A stretch of 64,000 nt of DNA from Fonticula alba ATCC 38817 (taxonomy: Eukaryota; Protista; Nucleariida), in NCBI GenBank assembly GCA_000388065.2, contig KB932201.1. One strand, written 5' to 3'. Position 1 is the stretch's first letter; each line of letters begins with the position of its first letter. The position numbers and the translations under genes were made by a program. Below, piece after piece: positions 37,728 to 49,096 of the stretch. The notes under the pieces were generated by a model, which was not told the DNA's origin, did no database searches, and worked only from the letters and a program-made list of their open reading frames with translations.

Positions 37728-39073
37728 CACACATGCACACATGCACGGACACCCGCCAAGTGATATGCTTGGGATAATCTTTAACAGACAGCAGGAGGGC
37801 CGGAGAGCCTTGCAGCGTCGCCGCAATGGGGGAATATCGGAAGACAAAGCGCGGCGATTAGAGCAGATGACCATTTCAGGACTAGCGTCTGCGACGGGGG
37901 AGCGCAGACTATCGGCGTGTGTATCTCACTCTCATCGGTCTGGCCACTTGTCGGCCTTCATCTCATTGACCAAAGAGCGTGCCGAGCACCGGTCGAGCAC
38001 CGGCAAGCCGCGAACCCTCCCCGGTAGTCTCCGCGGGGTCGGCAAGGGGGAGGCGAGAAAGAGAAGCAAGGGTGGTCAGGGATGGAGAGGGGGGGGGGGG
38101 GGGGCAGGGGGGCATGCGCCACGCGAGAGGATCCATCCATAATGGTGGAGGTCATACACGACAGCGACTTGGGCGATGGCATCGGCAAAGCGCTCTGCCG
38201 GTCGGGGCTGCCAGGGTGCTTGGCACAAGGTCCCCAAGCACAATGTGCCCCTTTTGACGGAGCAGGGCCATGCACACATACACACACATACACACCCCCT
38301 GCCGGGGAGCGCCTATGGAGGTTACGCTCCCTGAGAGGCACCTTCGCATGGCTGGGACCTTAACGCATGGGCAAACCCATGGGGTTGTTTGTGTCCTGCG
38401 AGGGGGACTCTGGGCCAAGGAGGGAGCCCCCCTACCTGAGGGACAGGGGGAGGAGGGAGCCCGGGAGACGGCCAGCACCCTGGCACAATCGGATGTTTGT
38501 GCAAAGATCGGCGCCTGTGTCTCCCACACGCACTCGGAGACCGAATGTCACAGGACGGAAGAGACTCTATTTCAATCAACGAGGAGAGGGGGGGGGGGCA
38601 GACAAGACAGGGAAGAACTAGAAATACAGGAGAGACAGTCACCGGGGGCTCACTTGCTTGCCGGGAGCAAAGCAGGAGGGAGGACCGGCTTCGGCGACAG
38701 CCGCGCCAAGGGCAATGGTAAAGGGGGGAGGGGGAAGGGGAGGGGGATGGGGGGCACGCATGGTGTGAGCACTGCACACACGCGCACATATGCAAGGGTG
38801 TGAGATGGTCACAGGGCAGATGAGTGGGGGAGGAGGGGAGGGGGGGGGAAGAGACAAAGGTCTAGAGGGTGCGGAAGGGCCGAAGAGGGATGGACACCCC
38901 CCGGCTCACGTCCCGTCGGTGTTGAATCTGGGACCTCTCTCTCCCTCGCCCCCCCGCCCCCCCCCCTCCCCCTCCCCCCCATGGGGAAAGTGGGGGCGGG
39001 GATAAAAATACAGGAAGATGATTGTGGGGTAGTCGCCAATGCCATTTCTCAAGGCGATATGGTCACGTGGAGA

Positions 39074-39239
39074 TCACTTGCTCTTCTTCTTGTCCGCGAT
39101 GCGCTTCTCCCGGTCGATGGCCTCGCCGCGAGCGGCGGCCTTCTTCCCGACGACGCTCAGGTCGCCCTTGATCAGGCTGCGAAGCTGCTTGCGGTTCATC
39201 TTCTTGATCTTTTGGGTGTTGGTGATCTGCCGGGCGGGG
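39074..39239 (-). CDS. CGR1: C-terminal part of a CGR1/CCDC86-family nucleolar rRNA-processing protein; remainder in gap 39240-40079
   Basis: RQITNTQKIKKMNRKQLRSLIKGD resembles the CCDC86 C-terminal motif [24 protein letters not shown]; GC3-rich codons; TGA at 39074-39076. Confidence 0.7.
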
Positions 39240-41372
39240 NNNNNNNNNNNNNNNNNNNNNNNNNNNNNNNNNNNNNNNNNNNNNNNNNNNNNNNNNNNNN
39301 NNNNNNNNNNNNNNNNNNNNNNNNNNNNNNNNNNNNNNNNNNNNNNNNNNNNNNNNNNNNNNNNNNNNNNNNNNNNNNNNNNNNNNNNNNNNNNNNNNNN
39401 NNNNNNNNNNNNNNNNNNNNNNNNNNNNNNNNNNNNNNNNNNNNNNNNNNNNNNNNNNNNNNNNNNNNNNNNNNNNNNNNNNNNNNNNNNNNNNNNNNNN
39501 NNNNNNNNNNNNNNNNNNNNNNNNNNNNNNNNNNNNNNNNNNNNNNNNNNNNNNNNNNNNNNNNNNNNNNNNNNNNNNNNNNNNNNNNNNNNNNNNNNNN
39601 NNNNNNNNNNNNNNNNNNNNNNNNNNNNNNNNNNNNNNNNNNNNNNNNNNNNNNNNNNNNNNNNNNNNNNNNNNNNNNNNNNNNNNNNNNNNNNNNNNNN
39701 NNNNNNNNNNNNNNNNNNNNNNNNNNNNNNNNNNNNNNNNNNNNNNNNNNNNNNNNNNNNNNNNNNNNNNNNNNNNNNNNNNNNNNNNNNNNNNNNNNNN
39801 NNNNNNNNNNNNNNNNNNNNNNNNNNNNNNNNNNNNNNNNNNNNNNNNNNNNNNNNNNNNNNNNNNNNNNNNNNNNNNNNNNNNNNNNNNNNNNNNNNNN
39901 NNNNNNNNNNNNNNNNNNNNNNNNNNNNNNNNNNNNNNNNNNNNNNNNNNNNNNNNNNNNNNNNNNNNNNNNNNNNNNNNNNNNNNNNNNNNNNNNNNNN
40001 NNNNNNNNNNNNNNNNNNNNNNNNNNNNNNNNNNNNNNNNNNNNNNNNNNNNNNNNNNNNNNNNNNNNNNNNNNNNNNNCCCACCCATCCACACACACAC
40101 ACACACACCAATCTCCAGTATCCTCGGTTCCTTTCTACGCAAAGACGCCAGGCACATTCGCGCTTCCGAAGAAGCGAAGGATGGCACACCCCATGGAAGT
40201 GGTCTTGGGAAGACATTTCCGAAAGGAGCCAGACATTCTGTCCGGTGGCTTTGAGCGATTGGGCCGTCTGGGCAGGCTCTAGCGAAGGCACGAAGGCGCG
40301 CCCTCCCCCGTGCGAAACCGATAGAACTGGCTGACATGATCCAGCTACCCACAACGGCCACATATATGGACGTCCGAAAGATCATCGCCGAGCGGCATGC
40401 TTCCACCCAGGGAAAACAGCATGACCATCCATCTCTTGGCTTGGGCACCTCCCATTGCCCCCGGTCGAGGGGCTTGAGGAAGGGCACCTTGCTTCCCACC
40501 TGGGCCTCGGGATGGTCTCACACCAGGCGAGCAATGTGAAAGCCGACGAATTCGTGGCCGGATCTCGGTGACAGAAAGAGAGGAGGGAAAGGAGGGAGGT
40601 ACCGAACATGGAATCTATGGGTATATATTGTGCAAACAAGTGCGGGATGCTCATCCACACAGAGAGAGAGAGGGGGGGAGGGAGGGAGGGAGGGGGGCAG
40701 AGAGAGAGAGAGAGACACACACACATACACACGCATGGCATGTCAGGCCAGTGAGCGAGGCAGTCTCGGGCTGTACGCACAAGGACGCAGGGCGGCGAGA
40801 GACGGCAGACAACAGGAGGGAGGAGGAGATGGAAAAGCCGAAGCCGGACCAGCCAAGCTTGAAGACAAAAGGAGCGGGGAGAAAATATACAATGTCGAGG
40901 GCACGTGGGGCACGTGGAGCAATCCAATGCAAGGTGGAAGAGACTTGGCGTCGATGGACAGAGGGGGAGGCGAGGAGGAGGAAGCAAGACACGCCTTCTT
41001 GCGGAAGGTACCAGCCGCTGGGTGCGCCCCGAAGGGAGGAAGAGGGAGAGAGAGAGAGAGAGAGAACTCAAGGACAGAGGCCCGCCGGCAGTGCTGGGAT
41101 GCACACCGCGCGGGAAAAGAGAAGAAGGGGAGAGGCAGCGCAGAAAACACGCAGGCCTGCGAAATGATAATGATACAATGTGTGTGTGGTCGTGTGTGAT
41201 GCGTGTGATGCGTGTGGTCGTGTGGGTGGGTGGGCGCGCGGACAAGCGGACAGCCGGGCGGGCGCGCGTGCCGGACAAGACACAAACACGCGGGCGCCCA
41301 GCCCAGGGCAGGGCAGGGCCAATCCCGCGGAACCCAGCAACACATGGAGCCGGCGTTGGCCGTGCCGAGCCG

Positions 41373-44300
41373 CTAGTCCATGATGTCGATGTCGCTGTCA
41401 TAATCGCCAGCAGCCGAAGAGGATGACGACGCCCCGACGACGGCATACATGCTGCCGGCAACAAGCGACGGGGCCGAGGCCGACCGATGAACAGGGCTGC
41501 TGGTGCCCGAGGAGGAAAGGGAATCCGACCCCGGGGCCGAGGCCGACAGGGCCAGAGTCTGCGCCAGCTGAAGGTAGGCCCCAGTGGCCGCGGCATATGG
41601 GCACTCATTGAGCGGCACCGAGGGCGACCGAGCCGGAGGCTCATGATCAGCCGTGCCGTTTCGGCGGCTGATGGAGGCTCGGGGAGCCGGTGCCTCGGCC
41701 ACGGGCGCCGCGACAACCGGTGGATCAACCGCTGGAGCGGGCGCCTCGCCGCGAGCACGGCGGAGTGGCCGGCGGAGAAGACGCACCGGGGCCACAGGCT
41801 CCTCCGGAGGGGCGACCTGCGCTGCCAAGATAGCCACCGCCGGCGGCGAGGGCGAGGGCGACGCGACAGCCTCGGCCCCCAGCCGCGCCTTGGCCGCCGA
41901 GCGCTGTGCGGCGAGCGAACGCCCGGCACTGGAGCGCGGCGCCGTCTCCACCGTGGCCGGGACAGTGCCAGCGGCGCTGGTCGGATCCGGCGTGTGGGCT
42001 CGGCTGCCCTTGCGCGACCGGGAACCGGCTGCCTGCTTGCGAGCAGCCTCCATTTGGGCGGCCTCCTCGCGACTCAGGTCATCGGCCATCTGAGACAGTC
42101 GGGCATTGGCCGCCGTGCTGGCAGCACGCCGAATGGGCGACACCGCTCGCGCAGTCGACCGAGTGGCGGTGGTCGGCCGCGTGGCCGGCCGACCGGCAGG
42201 ACGCCCAGTCGGCCGGGCCGGGGCGCGCGCCACCGAGGAGGCAGCAACATCCATCACGGCCGGCACGACTGGCGGGACCGGCGGGACCGGCGGGACCGGC
42301 GACACCGGTGACACTGGGACCTCCGCTTCGGAGAAGTCATCGGCATCGATGTCAATCTCATCATCGCTGGGCGCGCTGTCCTCCATGTCGAGGTCCTCAT
42401 CGCCGCTGTCAATGTCGCCGACCGACCGGCCGCCGGCCGGAGAGAGGACACCACTGGCGGGCGAGCCGGCACGCCGAGCAAGGCGCCGCTGGGTGTCGAC
42501 AAACTGGTGCAGTGACAGGAGCTGGCTCTGGCTGGCTCGGGCCACAGCCAATAGCAGAGGATCCGGCCCGGGGGGGCTGTTGCTGGGACTCTCCTCCGAC
42601 CAGTGCAGCAGGGCCATATGCCGGTCCACCGCCACGGCCAGCAGCCCGAAAGCCTCGGCCATGTTGTCGATCGAGAGCACTCGCCGGATGGACCGGGTCA
42701 GGCTGGCCTCGAAGGATCCGCCAACCGGGACGCCGGGCGACGCGGGGCGCGAAAATGATCCACCAACCGGCGAGCCGGTCCACGATGGGGAGCCAAGCGA
42801 GGAGGTTTGAATGGGCGGCGGAGGTGAACGGACAGCGGCAGATGTGTCAAGTGGCGTCGATCCGGGTGCCCGGGAGGAGGCGGGCAGATCGACCGGGGCG
42901 GCCGCGGGCCCGGTGGCCCGGCCGGCCTTGGAGGCCGATGGCGGCCGGCCCGGGCGCCGGGAAACCATGCCCAGAGCCGGAGGGGGCGGCGCAAGGGCAT
43001 CCTTCTTCCGCGGACGACCGGGCCCCTTGGGTGCTGTCTCGGCCTTGAGAGCGGCGGCCTCCTTGGAAGTGGGTTTGAGGGTCGCAGGCGTCGGGGCCGA
43101 CACACCGGCAGGTGGAGAAGCCCGAGTGGCCGCACTCGGGCCCATCACCGGCTCAGGAACAATGGTCGAGGCGACGGTCTGGGCCGCCGCCGAAGGGGAA
43201 GCACCCTCCACCGAAGCCGCGGAGGCCTCGGTCTTGGAGGCGGCCTTGCCCTTGGCAGCGGCCGCCTTCGGCTTGGGAGTGGCTTTGGGCTTGGGGACGG
43301 CCTTCGGCTTGGGGGGGGCCTTTGACTTCGGGGCGGCCTTCGGCTTGGGCGTGGCCTTGGCCCCGTCGTTGGGCTTGTCGGCGTTGGCAACCGGCGGCGC
43401 AGGGGCTGGCACCCCGGGCACCGGCGCCTCGGGGACCGGCGCCTCGGAGGCCGGCTCCTTGGAGACTACTGACGCGGACGCCATCGAGGAGGGCTGGGGA
43501 CCGGCCGCCGCCAGGACCTCCGGCTCGGGCACGGGTCCCGGCATGGGTGCCTCATCCGAGGAGGAGGAGTCACTCTCAATATCCGAGGAGGAGAGACCGG
43601 AAGAGGATGTGGAGGAATGTGCGGCTGGCAAGGAAGCCAGCACCGGGCCCTCGGAGGGGTTGATCGGCACAATGTGCGGGCCACCATCCCCCTCGGCGGG
43701 GAGCGCCGCCGGCGCAAGCGACACAATGCCGGCCACCACCGAGGGCCGCCGAGACCGGGACACCGGCGATGGTGGCGTCGACAGCGATTGAGGTGGCGGC
43801 AGGTCCAGCGCCGTGGTAGACAGGCCACGCAGGGCCGCCGCCATGCGCTTGGGCGACACCGGCGCCGAGATGGACTTGCGCCGGCCGGCCAGACCCCCGG
43901 CCGCCGGGGGCAGCGAAGTGGCCTGCATGTGAAGCGGCTCGGTGGCCAGAAGCAGCGACGAGGCGAAGCCCCCGGCCCCGGCTCCGGCCGATGTGGATCG
44001 GACAATGTTGAAGAGATCCGCCGCGGTGGCGTGCGTCACGCCACCCGACGGAGCAACATATGTGAAGCTGGGGGAGCGGGCCAAATCCGCCCCAGCGCCG
44101 ACCCCCCCGCCGACCAAGTCCACCGGGAAGGAGGCAAAGGGATCCGGCGATAGGAGCGGGCTGCCAAGGGACTTGGCCCCGATGGCCGCCGATACCGAAA
44201 GGCCGCGCGGCCCATTCGGCCGGCTTCCGGGCCGAGAGAAACTCCCATAGCTGCCAGCGCCGCCGGCCTCCGGCAGGAAGGACGATCCGGAAGCCAGGGC

Positions 44301-47300
44301 CGGCGTCAAAAGCACAGTGGCTCGGAGCTGCTGGGTGTAGTTGTCGTCATCGTCATCGAAATCCGACCCGCTGGACGAGGCATCCGAATCATAGGAATCA
44401 TAGGAGTCATACTCGCTGCCGGAGCCGGAATCGCTGTCATCCTCATCACCATCACTGGTGCCGCTGCTGCTGCTGCTGCTGCTGCCGCCACTGTCGCTGT
44501 TGTGGGTGCCGCACGATCCGTCAGACGCGGTGCCCAGGCCACCAACCGCCACCGCATACCCGGGGATGGTCTCCATCACCAGGAGGGAGGCGCCATCACC
44601 GGCAACGTCGGCCGCCGGGCCGTCCAATTGCGACAGCGGGATGCCAATGGCAGGGCTGATGAATGACTCCGCCTCAGAGTCACTGGCATCAGAGCTGTCG
44701 ATGAAATCGCCCGACTCATCGGAAGACTGGTCCGACCGCGAGTATGGGTGGTCCACAACCCGGCCGCCTGGAGCCGAGGGGTTATTGTCCGATCCGGCGT
44801 GCGAGCCGTCATCCAGCAGCACCAGCATGGGCTCCGGGGCATCGGCTTCCCCGCCAGACGTCGAAGAGGCCATGAGCGCATGGCCAATCGACCCGACATC
44901 AGGCTCCTCGTCCGGAACCACCCGGCTGACCGACAGCAGCTCTACCTCGTCGGCACTCGACAGGCCGCCATAACTGGAGTCCACGTCGAAGTCGACAATA
45001 ATGTTGGCCGGGGAGTCAGTGCCAGCTGTATCATCGATGCTGATGATTGACGAGCGCCGAAGGAGGCCCACGTGCTCGGCCAGAGAACCGATGACAACAA
45101 GTGTCTGAGGGGTGCGAAGAGGCAAAAGACAGAGCAGGGTAGGACAGAGTGAGTGAACGGTCAAGGTGCTCTTGAGAGGAGGAAGGTTGAGGGAAAGAGC
45201 AGGAGGAAGGTCGAGGGAAAGAGCAGGAGGAAGGTCGAGGGAAAGAGCAGGAGGAAGGTCGAGGGAAAGAGCAGGAGGAAGNNNNNNNNNNGAGGGAAAG
45301 AGCAGGAGGAAGGTCGAGGGAAAGAGCAGGAGGAAGGTCGAGGGAAAGAGCAGGAGGAAGGTCGAGGGAAAGAGCAGGAGGAAGAAAGGGAGAGAGAGAG
45401 AGAGCAAGAGAGGGAAAGGGAGAGCAAGAGAAGGAAAGGGAGAGCAAGAGAAGGAAAGAGAGAGCAAGAGAAGGAAAGAGAGAGAGGGAGAGAGAGAGAG
45501 AGAGAGAGAGAGAAACGGAAGACTGAGCGTCACGCACAACTGGGTGGATGCTATCATCGTCATCACCGTCATCGTCGTTGTCACCATCGTCGCTGCCATC
45601 CGAGTCACTGGAACTGCAATCCAGAGTGCTTGAGGAGGACTCGATGTCGACGTCCGATTCGGAGGCACCGGCCGCCTCCGACTGGCGGCCTGTCAAGGCT
45701 GACGCCATGGCCGAGGTAATGACTCGACTGAGGCTACCATCCTCGTCGAGATCTGAACTGAAGGAGAAAACGCCCACGTCGACGCTGGAATCACTGCCTT
45801 GCAGGGCCACCAGGCCGGTGGCCTCGATGTCCGAGTCACCCCCGCCACCGGACCCCAGCGGCGCAAGTTCGACGTCATGCAGAAGGTGCCCATGGCCCTG
45901 GAGCAGGAGGAACTCCACCTCGGACCCGGGTGACCCGATGTCGGAATCATCGTCGTCCGAGCTAGCCCGGTCCAGGATGGTGGTGGCAGCAGCAGCAGCA
46001 GCAGCCAGGGCAAGCTCATCCCCGGAGACATCCAACTCCGAGGAGGCGGTGAACTCATCGTCCTCCTCCTCGCCACCATCATCAGCATCAGCATCATCAT
46101 CATCACCATCGTCATCCTGCGCAGCCAGCACACCAATCAGGATGTGCTGGTCGTCGCTGACGGGCGAGCCTTCGGCATTGGAAGAAGGAATGAAAGCGCC
46201 ATCCGACTCGGCGTCCGACCCATCGGGGGACATCTGCTCGTGCAGGAGGGCCGCATACTCGGCGGCGGCAATGTCATCCGCTTCATCTTCCTCCTCCTCG
46301 TACTCGCCCTGGATGTCGTCAAAGTCCTCGGTCTCGTCGTCCTCCTCGTTGCCATCCTCCAGGTCGTCGTCATCGTCATCATCATCGTCATCGCCATCGT
46401 CATCGCCATTGGCATGACCATCGCTGCTGTCGATCAGAGACGAGGGGATCTGAGCCTCCCGATGGACTTCCTGGGGGCCGGCCTCGAGCTCGGCAACGAA
46501 CTCGTCGAAATCGAACAGCCGGCTGATGGCCAATGCGGATCCCGGCGACACGGGGGCATCCAATTGGCTGGTGCTCATCTCCCCGAGGCCCGGATCGAGG
46601 TCCGGCCCGCAGCTGGTGTCCGAGCAGGATTCAAAGCCAGCCTCATTGTCGGAACCGAAGGCACCGGCCGACACGGACACCATGGCCGAAGCCACGCCGG
46701 AGCGGATTTTGACCGCCTGCAGGATGGACCCCGTGGACACCAATCGAGAGACCGGCATCGGCGATAGGCCTGACAGGTCGCCATCCTGGAGGAAGAGTCC
46801 ACTCGAGGAGCCAAAGCCCGTAGACTGGCCCCCGCCGGCTGGATCGTCCATGTCCAGCAAGACCCCGGGCGGAAGGAAGGTCTCATCGGTGGCGAAGTCC
46901 GGCAGGGTGGACGACAGGGATGAAGGCGAGGGAGGATAGGAAGAGGGAGCCGAGTGGTGATGGTGCAGGTGCTCGTGGTGATGCAGGGGCTCGTGGTGGT
47001 GATGGAAGAGACGCTCGCCGGACAGCGACCGGGGGTAGGTCGGGTCGCCGGGGAACCCAACCGGGTCGTAGCCGATGGCGATTTCGTCATATAGGTGGTC
47101 AGACACCGGCGATGCCTGCAGGGAGGTCGCGCCCTGTAAGACGGCCCCGGGGTGGTCGGCCACCGGGGCCACCGCCAGAGAGCCAATCATCGGAGAAACC
47201 AAGTCAGCCATGGGGGTGGACCCCTGGCTGAGCGAGTGATGAAAGGAGCTGGAACCGGAGGTGGGCGTGCTGGCGCCGGAGACCACGACGGGTGCCGGGG

Positions 47301-48312
47301 GCGCGGCCTCCAGAAAGTCCGTATTACAGTGGGCCGACGCGGTGGCGGTCAGCTGCTCGGAGGAGAAGACCCGGTCCAGGGTGGTCGACCCGCTGCCGGG
47401 CCCGGAGGGAGGAAGGGCGGCCGTTTGGTCGGGATGAAAGAGCTGCTGGCTGGAGCTGCGCAGGGGGACGGCGGACGATCGCAAGAATTCCCCCCCCGGT
47501 GGCCGAGGCGGGAGGCCGGCATCGGCTGCCCCGAGAGACAGGGCAACCATCTTGGAGGGAGGGCCGGCCAGGGCATCCGGTCCGGCAGCACGGCCGCTGC
47601 CGCCAGGAACCACGGCCGCCGTGTATGAAGTCGCAGTGAAGGAAGCTCGACGTTTGTTGGTCGGGAGGGGCGAATCACTGGTATCCGATGATAGGTAGCT
47701 GGACGATTGCGAGTCGATGAATGAATAATTGTCCAGATCCTCCTCCTCGGCTTCGGCGGCCATGGGAATGGCAGGCCCCGGCAGGGGAGCGCCCCGGGCG
47801 GAGGCGCCCACATCGAAGGAGGTCTTTTCCCCGGGAGCCATCAGGTCTGGGGGGGGGGGGGGGGAGAAAGGATGACAGGATCAGTCAGGATCAGGTAGAG
47901 CCGAGGTCACAGACCGTCAGGAGGGCAGGAGGGCAGGAGGGGAGGGGGGGAGAGAGATGCCATGGGGTAGGTGGTGTACCGGTGGGATTGTCCGAGCTGC
48001 GGAGAGGGAGGAGGGCCGGGGCAATGTGAGTGATCAGCGAGAGGGAGAGAGAGAGAGGGGGGGGGGGGGCTGGGACATACCTGGCTGGCGAGGAGCAGGC
48101 ATCGTCCTCCCCCTCGTCGCTGGCAGACGTGAGCGACTGGTAGTCGATGTAGGAAGCGTGATCCAGAGATGAGGTGTGGAGGACACCGACGCTGTCGATG
48201 GGAAGATCAGGCGCCCCGGAGGAAGGGGGGAGGGGGAAGGAGGTCAGTTGCCACGAAGGCAGCCTAAAGCCGGCGTTAGCTTTGGAGCCAGTGTAAGGAC
48301 GCACCTCCCCAT
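41373..48312 (-). CDS. Giant intrinsically disordered protein (~2082 aa) with AT-hook-like, H1-like and many SIM-like motifs; exons 48312-48305, 48263-48081, 47996-47980, 47846-45538, 45104-41373
   Basis: Two long ORFs joined in phase by a GTGCGT...CAG intron (confident). The three small 5' exons are inferred from splice signals and frame (less certain). Total 6249 nt; no globular domain recognised. Confidence 0.8.
45189..45384. repeat. Intronic 24-bp minisatellite (GAGGGAAAGAGCAGGAGGAAGGTC)n, about 8 visible units around a 10-N gap
   Basis: Directly visible near-perfect tandem units; true copy number unresolved. Confidence 0.92.
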
Positions 48313-49058
48313 CGTGCTGGAAACTCAGCCGCGGGAAAACTTCTCTCGCGGAGAGTGAGAGGGGGNNNNNNNNNNNNNNNNNNNNNNNNNNNNNNNNNNN
48401 NNNNNNNNNNNNNNNNNNNNNNNNNNNNNNNNNNNNNNNNNNNNNNNNNNNNNNNNNNNNNNNNNNNNNNNNNNNNNNNNNNGGGGGGGGGGGGAAGGCG
48501 CGTGCTATATAGAGGGAACCATGCAGGGGGAAGGAGAGAGGGGGAGGAAGAGGGAAAGGGTGAGGGCACAGGGCCAGGAGAAAGGTGAGGTCATAGCGGA
48601 GGCCCCTCGGGCAGAGGGAGGCCCGCCGGGGGCGGTGTCTCTCAGACTTGGTGCCGGCAGGCAAGGCTGGGAAGGATAAAGGACCAATCTCCACGAGGAT
48701 GTGCAGAGGGGGCCGGGGGCAGGGAAAATTACCCATGATCAAGCGGCCGGGACTGGCGAGCAAGCGAGCAGGCGCCCGGGAGCCAATCGGGGGCGCGCGC
48801 GCGCGCGCGCCCCCGCCCCCACACGGAGGCAGGCGGCCGCCAGACTGTGCTCGCATGCTGCCCCGGGCGGGTGTCGGGCTCGGGTTCCGCCGTGTGTAGC
48901 CGGGCCTCGCTTTGCCCGGCTCTTCAACTCCCGAGCGGGCGGTGGACGGGGGTCGGGTTATGGGGTGGCATTGGCGCGCAGCATGGCCAAAAGAAAAAAA
49001 GGCCCATGTGTGCCTGGGGGGTCTTGAGTTGAGCATGGTACACACTCGTTAGTGTGTA

Positions 49059-49096
<38 letters not shown>

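Noticed and set aside
40336-40510. Coding-like stretch (VGSKVPFLKPLDRGQWEVPK) as a possible 5' exon of CGR1
   Set aside because: No convincing match to the Cgr1 N-terminal motif and no verifiable splice path across the 840-N gap.
45189-45384. Regular 24-bp repeats as a possible CRISPR array
   Set aside because: Head-to-tail units with no unique spacers, eukaryotic intronic context and no cas genes.
45031-45668. ORF extensions reading through the 24-bp repeat (LPPALSLD / RRKVEGKS repeats)
   Set aside because: The repeat lies within a GTGCGT...CAG intron (45537-45105), and the read-through depends on an arbitrary 10-N gap.
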